From positions 24,130 to 88,129 of the forward strand of contig JALRHH010000001.1 of assembly GCA_023253175.1 (NCBI GenBank): a DNA stretch of 64,000 nt. Direction: 5' to 3'. The notes beneath the pieces are model-generated. The model saw only the letters and a program-made list of their open reading frames with translations. It did no database searches and was not told the origin of the DNA. The position numbers and the translations under genes are program-made. The DNA is from Candidatus Saccharimonadia bacterium. GTDB taxonomy: Bacteria; Patescibacteriota; Saccharimonadia; Saccharimonadales; JALRHH01. Below are positions 9,760 to 19,811 of the stretch, piece after piece; the stretch's first letter is position 1; each line of letters begins with the position of its first letter.

Positions 9760-11517
9760 ATGAAGCGATTTGTTCTCTTATTTCTTGGCTTTTTGTTTAC
9801 TAGTCAAATGATCGCTACGCCAGTATCGGCTGCAGTGAATGACTTTACAATCTCTCAGTACGACATTGATTTTAATCTGAGCCGTGATGATACCAATCAT
9901 TCAGTTTTAACGACCAGAGAAACTATTTTTGCAACGTTTCCCAGTAGTAATCAAAACCACGGCATCGAACGCTATATTCCAAAGAAGTACGATGGTCATT
10001 CAACACAACTCGATATACAATCGGTCACTCGGCAGGATGGCACGAAATGGAACTACACCACCTACGACAGCGGCGGCTACACGGTTGTTCGAATCGGGGA
10101 TGCGGACAAATACCTTCATGGTTCCCAGGCATTCGTGTTGGCGTATACCCAGCGGGATGTGACTCGGTATTTTGCTGATACTGGCGCAGATGAATTTTAT
10201 TGGGATGCCAATGGAACAGAATGGCAGGTACCTATAGAGAGTTTGACCGTCAAACTTACAATAGACAAGACCTTGACGTCATCACTAAATGGCAACACGG
10301 CGTGTTATCAGGGCGCATTTTCTGAGCGCGGTTCGTGTCAGCTTATGGGCGAAGATGACGAGGCGGTGTACGCAACCAATGCGAGGAATCTTGGTAAAGG
10401 CGAGAATGTAACGATTGCGCTCGGTTTCAAGCCAGGCACATTTACTGCCTATAAGAAGCCAGTGTGGGAGCAAATCTTGATTGGTTGGTTTGTGGTGCAG
10501 GGAATTGCATTGATCGCTTCAGTTGGGCTGCTTATTTTTCTGGGAATCAGATTTAGCAAATGGTCCGACCGAAAGTCAGATGTTGCCACTATTGTTCCAG
10601 AGTATCTCCCCCCTAAAGGCACCAGTGTGCAGACGGCAGCAGTTGTAGTTAATTCTCCATACTCGTTTAGCGCCCAGTTGATTGATCTGGCGGTACGTCA
10701 CTATATAAAGATATATGAAACAAAACCAAAGAGCTTCTGGTCGGCTGCTCAATATGATCTAGAGATCGTTAAGCCGATTGATACATTGACCACCGAAGAA
10801 AAAGAGTTTGTAAGCGACATCTTTGATGATCAGACAGCCCCTGGTTCAAAGATAAATACAAAAATGTTTAAAGGTAGCAGGGCGCTGTATGCAAAGCTAC
10901 GGGATAATCCGAAAAAGCTACAAGACCTCGTGCGCGGAACATATGGTATTCGTGAAAAAGATGCCGTAAAGTCAGCGTGGTTCAGGCGTGCTGGCTTTGT
11001 ATGTCTGGGGGCCGCTGTAGTGCTACTATCCCCGGTTCTTTTAATCGTAGCTATCATCATATTTGTTATGAGCTATAGCCTATGGCCATTGACAGACAAG
11101 GGCGTGGAACTGTCACGTTATCTGCAGGGTCTTAAAATGTATATTTCGGTTGCCGAGGAAGAGCGTCTGCGTCTCATGCAGAGTCCGGAGGGTGCGCAAA
11201 AAGCATCCGTTGATGCGGGTGATACAAAGCAGCTCGTGAAATTGTACGAACGAGTACTTCCTTATGCGGTGCTGTTTGGACAAGAGAAACAATGGAACAA
11301 GCAGCTCGGCACGTACTACCAGGAGTCTGGAACACAGCCTGATTGGTTCGGCAGTTCGCACATGGCTACCTTTAACGCTGCTGCTTTTGCCGGTGCGATG
11401 AGTGGCTTTACATCTTCTATTAATGCCAGTGGAGCAAGTTCGTCATCAACAGGCGGGTCAAGTGGTGGCGGTTCCTCCGGTGGTGGCGGTGGTGGTGGAG
11501 GCGGTGGTGGCTGGTAA
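9760..11517 (+). CDS. DUF2207 (YciQ-like) membrane protein
   Basis: Signal peptide, HGIERYIP, EFYWDANG, YERVLPYAVLFG, Gly/Ser tail ending GGGGW. Confidence 0.92.
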   Translation: MKRFVLLFLGFLFTSQMIATPVSAAVNDFTISQYDIDFNLSRDDTNHSVLTTRETIFATFPSSNQNHGIERYIPKKYDGHSTQLDIQSVTRQDGTKWNYTTYDSGGYTVVRIGDADKYLHGSQAFVLAYTQRDVTRYFADTGADEFYWDANGTEWQVPIESLTVKLTIDKTLTSSLNGNTACYQGAFSERGSCQLMGEDDEAVYATNARNLGKGENVTIALGFKPGTFTAYKKPVWEQILIGWFVVQGIALIASVGLLIFLGIRFSKWSDRKSDVATIVPEYLPPKGTSVQTAAVVVNSPYSFSAQLIDLAVRHYIKIYETKPKSFWSAAQYDLEIVKPIDTLTTEEKEFVSDIFDDQTAPGSKINTKMFKGSRALYAKLRDNPKKLQDLVRGTYGIREKDAVKSAWFRRAGFVCLGAAVVLLSPVLLIVAIIIFVMSYSLWPLTDKGVELSRYLQGLKMYISVAEEERLRLMQSPEGAQKASVDAGDTKQLVKLYERVLPYAVLFGQEKQWNKQLGTYYQESGTQPDWFGSSHMATFNAAAFAGAMSGFTSSINASGASSSSTGGSSGGGSSGGGGGGGGGGGW

Positions 11518-12073
11518 AGCGGCTGCGCGCTACGTGGTTTTACTCCGCGGCGTTAACGTGGGCGGAAATAATCGGGTGCCAAAAACTGCATTTCAGGCGG
11601 TGCTGGAAGGTTTAGGTTTTCACGATGTCGTAATTTATATCAATTCCGGTAATGCAGTATTTACAAGTAGTAGACAGCCGACAAGCCATGAAATCCAGGC
11701 CGCACTTGAGTCATATTTTGGCTTTACGATTCCGGCATTAGTACTGAGCGGTGAAAGGATTAAGGCCATTGCTGCCGCAATTCCCTCTGATTGGACAAAT
11801 GATGCACCAAAACCAGACAAATCAGGACAAAAATCGGACGTGCTATATCTATTTGACGAGATCAATGTACCGGGCGTCATCAAAGATCTGGGCCATAAGC
11901 CTGAAATTGAACAGATGATATATGTTGATGGGGCGGTGCTCACTAATGTTACGCGGCTTAACCAATCAAAGGGTAGCTTACAGAAACTTATAGCGACCCC
12001 GTTTTACAAGCAAATCACTATACGAAACATTACAACTGCCAAGAAGCTCGCCGAGTTAGTGGACGCGGTATAA
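11507..12073 (+). CDS. DUF1697 family protein
   Basis: YVVLLRGVNVGG...YINSGN...TIRN; GTG start with GGAGG SD inside the upstream Gly codons. Confidence 0.88.
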   Translation: MAGKAAARYVVLLRGVNVGGNNRVPKTAFQAVLEGLGFHDVVIYINSGNAVFTSSRQPTSHEIQAALESYFGFTIPALVLSGERIKAIAAAIPSDWTNDAPKPDKSGQKSDVLYLFDEINVPGVIKDLGHKPEIEQMIYVDGAVLTNVTRLNQSKGSLQKLIATPFYKQITIRNITTAKKLAELVDAV

Positions 12074-12080
12074 TATTACC

Positions 12081-13604
12081 GTGAACGAGCAACTCAAAGA
12101 GAAGTTAAAGGATCTGCCAAAAGAGCCGGGCGTCTATTTCCATAAGGATAAGGACGGTCAGATTATTTATGTTGGCAAAGCCGCTAAACTTAACAATCGA
12201 GTGCGTCAGTATTTTCAGAAAAGCCGCGCGCGTGACCCAAAGACAGAGGCACTTGTTGCCGAAATCGTAGACACTGACTGGATGGTGGTCGAGAGTGAAC
12301 TCGAGGCATTGTTCCTTGAGGCTGAGATGATCCGGCGCTATATGCCGCGCTACAATATCTTGCTGCGTGATGATAAATCGATGGCGTATATACGGATTGA
12401 TTACGATAGCGACTACCCAACGGTAACAACCACGCGTCGTCCAATGGATGACGGGGCACGGTATTTTGGCCCATACCTCAGCACGCTCTCTGTCCGAAAA
12501 GCACTCAAATTTTTGCGTAAAATCTTCCCATTTGCGGTCAAGAAGACGGCCGGTCAAAAACGTGCAACCCTTTATTATCATCTTGGTCTTGATCCAGGCT
12601 TGGAGGAGGGCCGAACAACGCTTGAGGAGTACCGGGCTAATCTACGCAAGCTGATGTGGGTAATCGAAGGTAAGCGTACCCGTATTATTACCGAACTTGA
12701 GCGTGATATGAAAAGGCTCGCGAAAGAGGCTAAGTTTGAAGAGGCTGCAAAGGTGCGTAACCAGGTTTTTGCACTTAAGCGACTCGGTCAGCAGGTGATC
12801 TTTAGTGATAAGGAATTTATGGATATCAGTAAGGACCATGCGCTGACTGAGCTCGTGAATCTGCTGACGTTAAATGCATACCCACGTCGTATAGAGGGCT
12901 ATGATATTAGCCACATGCAAGGTACGGATGTGGTCGCGAGTATGGTGGTGTTTACGAACGGGGTGAGCGACAAGGGTCAGTATCGTAAATTTAAGACCAA
13001 GATTAATCACAATAATGATTTTTATAATATGAACGAGACAATCAAGCGTCGTTTGTCTGATAAAAACATCAAGGCGTGGGGCTGTCCTGATCTGATGCTG
13101 ATTGATGGTGGCAAGGGGCAGCTCGATGCTGCGCTTAAGGCGAGAGATGAGCTTGGCCAGGGCAAAATTCCGTTTATTGGACTTGCAAAACGCGAAGAGC
13201 AAATCGTCATCGATAAAGTCAGGTCAAATGTGACGCTGAATAAAGAACAGCTCTTAAAGCTTGGCGGATTTTTCGAAGAGAGTGAAGACTACTATCTTCT
13301 CAATATACCACATAATACAAATATTGTCAAGTTATTACAGCGAATCAGGGATGAATCACATCGTTTTGCGGTGAGCTATCACAGCGTCTTGAAGCAAAAA
13401 CGCCAGGTGGCAAGCTTACTTGACGACATCCCTACAATAGGACCGGAAACGCGTAAGAAACTACTTAAAACATTTGGGAGTGTTCGTGGTGTCATCCAGG
13501 CGAGGGACATGGAATTAGAGAAGCTGGTTGGAGAAAAGAAGACCATAATCCTTCGGCAGTATCTCCGTTCATACCGTCGGCTTGACCCTGAAGATTCTGA
13601 ATAG
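12081..13604 (+). CDS. uvrC: Excinuclease ABC subunit C
   Basis: GIY-YIG domain (PGVYF..IYVGKA), UVR domain, RIEGYDISH, IDGGKGQ, RDESHRFA, HhH. Confidence 0.97.
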   Translation: MNEQLKEKLKDLPKEPGVYFHKDKDGQIIYVGKAAKLNNRVRQYFQKSRARDPKTEALVAEIVDTDWMVVESELEALFLEAEMIRRYMPRYNILLRDDKSMAYIRIDYDSDYPTVTTTRRPMDDGARYFGPYLSTLSVRKALKFLRKIFPFAVKKTAGQKRATLYYHLGLDPGLEEGRTTLEEYRANLRKLMWVIEGKRTRIITELERDMKRLAKEAKFEEAAKVRNQVFALKRLGQQVIFSDKEFMDISKDHALTELVNLLTLNAYPRRIEGYDISHMQGTDVVASMVVFTNGVSDKGQYRKFKTKINHNNDFYNMNETIKRRLSDKNIKAWGCPDLMLIDGGKGQLDAALKARDELGQGKIPFIGLAKREEQIVIDKVRSNVTLNKEQLLKLGGFFEESEDYYLLNIPHNTNIVKLLQRIRDESHRFAVSYHSVLKQKRQVASLLDDIPTIGPETRKKLLKTFGSVRGVIQARDMELEKLVGEKKTIILRQYLRSYRRLDPEDSE

Positions 13605-13623
13605 TGTATACTTGTAGACTGGT

Positions 13624-14847
13624 ATGAGTACGAGCATCTCAGCTGACTTCTTTATAGGGAATCGCCAGCGACTACGCGAGTTATTTACGGGCACCGCACC
13701 GATTGTTATAAGTAGCAACGGGCTATTGCAGCGTAACAGTGATGTAACGTTCCCCTTTAGGCAGGACAGCACATTTTGGTATTTGACTGGCATTAATGAG
13801 CCGGATGTCCTGCTTGTAATTGATAAAGGTAAGCAGTATTTGATTGTTCCCGAGCGCGATGAGAGCCGCCAGGCCTTTGATGGCTCGATTGACACAGGGT
13901 ATTTAACTGAAATATCTGGAATTGACACAATATTACCGGAAAGTCAGGGGTGGCGGCAGCTATCTGCCCGGCTTAAGAAGGCAAAGCATGTTGCGACAGT
14001 GGCACCGGCAGCAGACTATATCCCGCAGCACGGTATTTACACTAATCCGTCCAGGGCGCGTCTACTGTCCCAGATAAAAGAGCAAAATAGTGATATTGAG
14101 CTACTGGACCTGCGCCCGCACATCAGTCGCATGCGCATGATTAAGCAGCCAATTGAATTAGAACGTATGCAAACGGCGATTGATCTCACTGCGGATACGC
14201 TAAAATCGCTCCAAAAGCGTGGTTTTGAAAAGTTTGCCTATGAATATGAGTTGGAATCAGCGATTACGCACAAGTTCCGAAAGAAACAGGCGGTTCATGC
14301 CTATGGTGCAATTGTAGCAAGCGGCGCAAATGCATGTACGCTCCATTATGTGCAAAATGACTCTCGGATCATGCCGAATGAATTCGTGCTGCTGGACGTC
14401 GGTGCAGAAATAGATAACTACGCGGCGGATATCACACGTACATACGCAGTTGGCGAAGTATCGAAGCGGCACCGAACCGTTCACGAAACAGTGCAGGTGG
14501 TCCAAGAGTATGCAATGTCGCTACTAAAGCCTGGTATTACCATGCGAGCATTTGAGGATAGTGTGCAGCAATTTATGGGTGAGAAGCTGCGCGAACTAGG
14601 ACTTCTTAAAAAGATTGAGGCGGAGGACGTACGGAAGTATTATCCGCACGCGACTTCTCATTTTCTGGGGCTTGATGTGCATGATGTGGGTGATTATGAA
14701 CGCCCGCTGGAACCAGGTGTGGTACTGACAGTAGAACCAGGTATTTATATTCCAGAAGAGGGTATTGGTGTTCGTATCGAGGACAACATTTTAATTACCG
14801 AGGATGGTATTACTAATCTGTCAGCAAAGCTTCCGAGGGGCTATTAG
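13624..14847 (+). CDS. pepP: Xaa-Pro aminopeptidase (M24B)
   Basis: FRQDSTFWYLTG, LHY, DVGAE..YAADITRT, HFLGLDVHD, TVEPGIY, GVRIED. Confidence 0.93.
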   Translation: MSTSISADFFIGNRQRLRELFTGTAPIVISSNGLLQRNSDVTFPFRQDSTFWYLTGINEPDVLLVIDKGKQYLIVPERDESRQAFDGSIDTGYLTEISGIDTILPESQGWRQLSARLKKAKHVATVAPAADYIPQHGIYTNPSRARLLSQIKEQNSDIELLDLRPHISRMRMIKQPIELERMQTAIDLTADTLKSLQKRGFEKFAYEYELESAITHKFRKKQAVHAYGAIVASGANACTLHYVQNDSRIMPNEFVLLDVGAEIDNYAADITRTYAVGEVSKRHRTVHETVQVVQEYAMSLLKPGITMRAFEDSVQQFMGEKLRELGLLKKIEAEDVRKYYPHATSHFLGLDVHDVGDYERPLEPGVVLTVEPGIYIPEEGIGVRIEDNILITEDGITNLSAKLPRGY

Positions 14848-14887
14848 TCATTTCCGCCTAACGCGTAAATGTACTAAGATAGATGTA

Positions 14888-15250
14888 ATGAAATATGGTC
14901 CAATTGCCCGCTTTATAATCCGATGGTTTGTTTGTGGTCTCGGGATTTGGATTGCTGCCGGATTGCTCGGTGATCGCCTGCAGTACGATGAGCGTTTTAG
15001 CGCGATTGTTATTGCTGGGTTTGTACTCGCAGTTGTAAACAGCCTTCTTAAGCCAGTTGTGGTCTTGCTGTCGCTACCTGCAATTCTATTCAGTCTCGGC
15101 CTCTTTATGATTGTCATCAACGGCCTGATGGTAGTGATTGCAAGTTGGATTTATTCGCCGCTGCACGTAGAGAGCTTTTTTTCGGCAATGCTTGCCGGTA
15201 TGATCATTGGCTTGGTAAACTATTTAGTAAATACTATTTTGGAGGAGTAG
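14888..15250 (+). CDS. 4-TM phage-holin-family (YvlD-like) membrane protein
   Basis: VNSLLKPVVVLLSLP...LGLFMIVING pattern; no phage context. Confidence 0.85.
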   Translation: MKYGPIARFIIRWFVCGLGIWIAAGLLGDRLQYDERFSAIVIAGFVLAVVNSLLKPVVVLLSLPAILFSLGLFMIVINGLMVVIASWIYSPLHVESFFSAMLAGMIIGLVNYLVNTILEE

Positions 15251-15272
15251 CCGTTTCCGGCGCATAACTGAT

Positions 15273-15488
15273 ATGAGCATCTATAACTACATTACAATCG
15301 CTTCGATGATTTTTCTAACGATCCTTATTTTGATCCAAACTAGAGGTGCTTCGCTTGGTGCTGGTCTTGGCGGCGGTGGCGGTGAAATCAACACCGAAAG
15401 GCGTGGGTCGGACAAGAGCCTTCACCAGCTCACGATTATTCTTGCATTTGTATTCGTCGCATCTATTGTGCTCGGTATCGTAAGCTAA
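15273..15488 (+). CDS. secG: Preprotein translocase subunit SecG
   Basis: ILIQTRGASLGAGLGG...ERRGSDKSLHQLT, two TMs. Confidence 0.92.
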   Translation: MSIYNYITIASMIFLTILILIQTRGASLGAGLGGGGGEINTERRGSDKSLHQLTIILAFVFVASIVLGIVS

Positions 15489-15508
15489 TAAAGCTCCCTA
15501 AAAGGTAC

Positions 15509-17296
15509 ATGATAAATAGAACCACAAAACTTAGGATGCGTCGCAGCTTTAGGCGCCACAAGAACCAGGTAGAACAACTGGGTCTTCAGACTGAAGATAC
15601 CATTGAGAAGCATTTCTTTAAGCGATTTGATCGACTTGTGAATGTCCGCCGTTTCGTGACTGCTTGGGTTGTATTCTGTGTTTTCTTAATTGGGGCGGTC
15701 TTGGCGCAAACAGGTGCTTTAACAAAATATTACAAAACTAATGTTCCTGCAGCCGGCGGGACATTTACCGAGGGAATACTTGGTTCATTTACGAATGCCA
15801 ATCCAATTTATGCGACTGGTCCCGTTGATGGTGCTATATCAAGGCTAATATTTGCCGGCCTCCTGAAGTACGACGCAAAGAACCAGCTGGTCGGAGACCT
15901 TGCAGAGGAGTGGGCAATTGACACAACAGAGACAGTTTATACAGTTAAGCTCAAACAAGATTTGAAATGGCAGGATGGGGAGCCGCTGACTGCTGCCGAC
16001 GTTGTGTTTACGTATAAAACTATTCAAACACCGGATGCTCGGTCACCATTATTTAACAGCTGGCAAGGGATTACTATTGAAGCGAAGGATGATCGTACTG
16101 TAGTGTTTACGCTGCCGGGAGTCTTGAGCTCCTTCCAGTATGGCCTAACGACGGGTATTGTACCGAAGCACAAGCTTGAGACTATTCCTGCTGCGCAGCT
16201 GAGAGCGACACAGTTTAATACCAGTGCGCCAGTCGGTGCCGGTCCATTTACATGGGACGCGATCGAGGTCGCAACTGAAGACAGGGCACAGCAGGGTCGT
16301 ATCGGTCTGCGGCAGAATGAGCACTATCATGCCGGCAAACCCGCGCTTCAGCGCTTTGTAGTGCGTTACTTTACTGACCAAAAACAGTTGGTTGAAAGCT
16401 TCGAAAAACATGAACTTACCGCGGTGAGTGGTCTCGATACATTCCCAGAAAGCTTTGCTAAGGATAATTCGATTAGCCAATATAGTATCCCCGTGACCGC
16501 ACAAGTGATGGTTTTCTTTAAGACGAGTCAAGAAGTACTCAGCGATGTCAAGGTAAGGCAAGCACTCGTGCAGGCCGTGGATCGTAGGCAGATTGTCGAT
16601 GGTATCGGCTACCCGATTATTGCATCCAATCAACCATTCTTGCCGGGCCATCCGGGATACGACAAGTCCGTTTCTCAGCTTCTTTTTGATCAGAAAGCAG
16701 CCGAGACTTTGCTTGACCAGGCAGGGTGGATCAAAGGTGCTGATGGATTTAGGCAGAAAAATGGTAAGCAGTTGGCGTTTAGCTTGTACTCCCAAAGCAC
16801 CAGTGAATATGCATATGTAACGCAAAAGCTACAGGCAGATTGGTCTAAGATTGGTGTCAAGGTTGACGTACTACTGCAGCCTGATAGCGACCTCCAGACC
16901 ACGGTAACGGGACATAATTACGACGCGCTGCTGTATGGTATATCGCTGGGGATAGATCCTGACGTCTATGCGTACTGGGGTAGTACTCAGGCAGATGAGC
17001 GGGCTGCAAACCGAGTTAATTTCTCTGAATATCGATCAACTACTGCTGATAGGGCGCTCGAAGCTGGTCGTACGCGCACGGATGGATCACTTCGTGCGGT
17101 TAAGTATAAGCCGTTCTTGGATGCATGGCGAAACGATGCGCCTGCACTTGCGCTTTACCAACCAAGGTACTTATACGTTACTCGTGATGCGGTGCATGGC
17201 TTTGACCCAACCACAATCAATAGTGCAAGCGATCGATATGCTAATGTCTCGCAGTGGAAGATTCGCCAACAGTCGGTCGATAAGATTAGTCAGTAG
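15509..17296 (+). CDS. Family-5 (OppA/DppA-like) substrate-binding protein, TM-anchored
   Basis: GDLAEEW, KWQDGEPLTAADVVFT, PVGAGPF, VRQALVQAVDR; no permease genes adjacent. Confidence 0.9.
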   Translation: MINRTTKLRMRRSFRRHKNQVEQLGLQTEDTIEKHFFKRFDRLVNVRRFVTAWVVFCVFLIGAVLAQTGALTKYYKTNVPAAGGTFTEGILGSFTNANPIYATGPVDGAISRLIFAGLLKYDAKNQLVGDLAEEWAIDTTETVYTVKLKQDLKWQDGEPLTAADVVFTYKTIQTPDARSPLFNSWQGITIEAKDDRTVVFTLPGVLSSFQYGLTTGIVPKHKLETIPAAQLRATQFNTSAPVGAGPFTWDAIEVATEDRAQQGRIGLRQNEHYHAGKPALQRFVVRYFTDQKQLVESFEKHELTAVSGLDTFPESFAKDNSISQYSIPVTAQVMVFFKTSQEVLSDVKVRQALVQAVDRRQIVDGIGYPIIASNQPFLPGHPGYDKSVSQLLFDQKAAETLLDQAGWIKGADGFRQKNGKQLAFSLYSQSTSEYAYVTQKLQADWSKIGVKVDVLLQPDSDLQTTVTGHNYDALLYGISLGIDPDVYAYWGSTQADERAANRVNFSEYRSTTADRALEAGRTRTDGSLRAVKYKPFLDAWRNDAPALALYQPRYLYVTRDAVHGFDPTTINSASDRYANVSQWKIRQQSVDKISQ

Positions 17297-17345
17297 TTTG
17301 CAATTTTATCTTAAGCTGGTACCATAACAGGGCTAATTTATATAC

Positions 17346-17432
17346 GCGGATGTGGCGGAATTGGTAGACGCGCTAGTTTCAGGTACTAGTGGGAGCAATC
17401 CTGTGGAGGTTCAAGTCCTCTCATCCGCACCA
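17346..17432 (+). tRNA. tRNA-Leu(CAG)
   Basis: Class II cloverleaf; anticodon arm CTAGT-TTCAGGT-ACTAG; encoded CCA; terminator hairpin 17432-17470. Confidence 0.97.
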
Positions 17433-17571
17433 ATCTAAAAAGTCGACCTTTGCGGTCGGCTTTTTAGATTGCTTCAGGGGATATATTGAAGTCCTGCGCA
17501 AGCATCGCCACTTGCCATTTGAACACCCCCTAACATTGACCATTAAAGAATGTTCTCTGATGTGCGTGCAG

Positions 17572-18549
17572 CTATAGGGCTTCAAGGATTTGTACGGCGT
17601 TTTTTTCGTCTCTTGAAAGGGCTTTAAGTTTTTCTGATGCCTGGAGTACGTACGTTCGTTCGCCGGTCTCTGCAACTTTTTCGAATAATGCGATTACTTC
17701 AGACCAGCTCCGAGCAATAGCAATAAATGCTTCATGTGCTTCGCTGATTACCTTGTTTCCCGTTACTTTATAGGCTTCGCCCAGAAAATCTCGATAAAGA
17801 TTACGGAATAGGGCACCTCCCGTTCCAGCGCGCTCCATGATCATGGCTGAGGTTGCGAACTCTGTTTTGATATCTTTTGAATTATCAAACCACTTAATAA
17901 TTTCTTGGCTTGCTTTCTCGATACCCTTATAGCCAAGATTTTTAATAGGGGGATTAAGATATGCTTTTGTATTTGATCTGATAGCGGCAACTATAGCCTC
18001 TTTGAGGGGTGTTACTTCACCTTCTTTCTCAATAATATAGTAGAGGTTCCTTGAGGACATTGGGCCTTTTTCACTTCTTGCAAGCTCTAGACTTTGTAAA
18101 GATGAAGTCACTTCTGAACCTTGTTGTTTTGTATCGACTAAGAATGCATTTTTGTCATCATAGCCAAGTATGGCGACGTAATGTCCCGCAAAGTGTATAG
18201 GATGGGTGAAATACTCAAGATAGTAACAGTCTAGTTTGAGGCCAACAGCCTTATCGCTGTCCAAAAGCTCTTTGACTCCTTGCCATGCTTTCGTAACTGA
18301 CGACGTTTCTTTAACGGTTAACTTGAGCCCAAGATTCTTGGTAATATTTGCAGTTAATAGGTCGGTCTTTACGCGTCCGCCGATGAATGGGAAATCCATT
18401 ATCTTCATATTCCAGATAATAAAGCTCAGTCCTTCGCCAAGTCCAAATAACATTGGTTCACTCAGGTTCACTCCGATTTGGCCGAGCAGTGTGCCGGTGG
18501 CGGTGCTTTCGCAGTGCTGTCCAATATATGGCTGTGTATGTACTTTCAT
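17572..18549 (-). CDS. BtrH N-terminal/DUF4872 (papain-like) protein
   Basis: GQHCES, LSEPMLFGLGEGL, HFAGHYV, YDD, GTGGALFRNLYRDFL. Confidence 0.85.
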   Translation of the reverse strand: MKVHTQPYIGQHCESTATGTLLGQIGVNLSEPMLFGLGEGLSFIIWNMKIMDFPFIGGRVKTDLLTANITKNLGLKLTVKETSSVTKAWQGVKELLDSDKAVGLKLDCYYLEYFTHPIHFAGHYVAILGYDDKNAFLVDTKQQGSEVTSSLQSLELARSEKGPMSSRNLYYIIEKEGEVTPLKEAIVAAIRSNTKAYLNPPIKNLGYKGIEKASQEIIKWFDNSKDIKTEFATSAMIMERAGTGGALFRNLYRDFLGEAYKVTGNKVISEAHEAFIAIARSWSEVIALFEKVAETGERTYVLQASEKLKALSRDEKNAVQILEAL

Positions 18550-19067
18550 CCTAAACCCTTTCTTTTTAATTCCTTGTTAACCCAATTTAATTCCGCCCTA
18601 AGCAGCACTTCACTTAAGCTAAATAATTGTTTGGCAGATCGGGGCATATACTCAAAAGATGGAATTTTATCGTGCAGTGCTTTTAGATCGGCGGCCAGTA
18701 CTACTTTGCGCTGCTGAAGTGCGTTCTTAAGTTCTATGTCCCCAACGAGTTGGCTTGTGGCGAGCCCAGTCATGAGATCTGTATTAGCGGGCCTGCGTTC
18801 TTCAATAAGTTTCTTAGATTCATTCTTTAGGACGGATGTACCAGTAGCAGTGACTGAGTATAGTTTTTTCTCTTTGCCCTGTGATTTGGTGCTTTTGGCT
18901 AGACCTTTTGACTCGAGTCGTTCAAGTATGTAGTAGATAGATGAGAAGCCAATGTCTGTCCACTTTCTCATGCCTCTATCGGTAATGACCCTTTCGATGT
19001 CATAACCGTGCCGAGGTTGTTCTGACAGGATGCCAAGTATAAGCTGCTCAGATAATGATATCTTCAT
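18546..19067 (-). CDS. PadR family regulator
   Basis: ILGILSEQPRHGYDI...IGFSSIYYILERLE. Confidence 0.92.
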   Translation of the reverse strand: MKISLSEQLILGILSEQPRHGYDIERVITDRGMRKWTDIGFSSIYYILERLESKGLAKSTKSQGKEKKLYSVTATGTSVLKNESKKLIEERRPANTDLMTGLATSQLVGDIELKNALQQRKVVLAADLKALHDKIPSFEYMPRSAKQLFSLSEVLLRAELNWVNKELKRKGLG

Positions 19068-19102
19068 AAAACTATTCTAGCACTAGAATAGTTTTATTGC
19101 AA
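19067..19102 (-). promoter_or_regulatory. Leaderless promoter with palindromic PadR operator
   Basis: Minus strand TTGCAA-17-TAGAAT-6-ATG; perfect 14-bp arms TAAAACTATTCTAG-ca-CTAGAATAGTTTTA. Confidence 0.8.
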
Positions 19103-19193
19103 GTATGTTCTGTATTGCCACATCAAATAAAATACTTTTCTATTTGTTAGCTGGTATAGAACTAGTCTTTTGGCCGGCTTTCCGGGTTTGATA

Positions 19194-19655
19194 TTACACG
19201 CCCCATTTCTTTGCCTTATCCTTTAACTCTTCTTTTGAAAGCTCTTCAGTCCGCATTGCAAAAAACCACTCAAAACCAAAAGGGTCTTTGAGTATCGCCA
19301 TGAGATCTCCATGGAACTGCTCTTTAATGGGTTCAACAATGACTGCTCCGGCATCCACGGCATTGGTGACAAAAGCATGGATATCAGGAACATAGATGAG
19401 GATTTCCATTGGAGTGCCTCCAATGGTTACGGGGCTAAGGAAGTTTAGCTCTGGTAATTCCTCTCTCAGCATGATGGTTGCACCGTAGATCTTTAGCTCA
19501 CCGTGGGCTAACTTTTCATCACTTCGAGGAATAGAGATGACTTCTTCGGCATTAAAGGCTTGTTTATAAAACTGTACTGCTGCAAAACCATTGATAACGT
19601 TTAAATATGGAATAGCTGCACCCCGATACTTCTCAGGAATTATATTTTTTGACAT
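19194..19655 (-). CDS. VOC/glyoxalase (PhnB-like) protein
   Basis: IPYLNV..AVQFYKQAF..AHGELKI..QFHGD..KDPFGFEW; start MSKN after AGAAAGGG. Confidence 0.9.
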   Translation of the reverse strand: MSKNIIPEKYRGAAIPYLNVINGFAAVQFYKQAFNAEEVISIPRSDEKLAHGELKIYGATIMLREELPELNFLSPVTIGGTPMEILIYVPDIHAFVTNAVDAGAVIVEPIKEQFHGDLMAILKDPFGFEWFFAMRTEELSKEELKDKAKKWGV

Positions 19656-19811
19656 AGGCACCCTTTCTATTAGATAACGACTCATTTTAAGTACACTTCC
19701 ACAACTGCGTCCAGTTGTCTTATGCACAACACCTCATGTCGGGAGTTTATCAGACTAGGTGTGCTATTATATCCATTAGTCGCTAATGCTTATTACAGGA
19801 ATTATTTTTAG

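Noticed and set aside
11402-11506. N-terminal extension of the DUF1697 ORF and the GGT-rich repeat
   Set aside because: Alternate-frame reading of the DUF2207 Gly/Ser tail; a coding low-complexity run, not a separate repeat element
14888-15250. Holin-family gene as evidence of a prophage
   Set aside because: No endolysin, integrase or structural genes; sits in housekeeping context
16145-16825. 226-aa minus-strand ORF
   Set aside because: Antisense shadow of the substrate-binding protein gene
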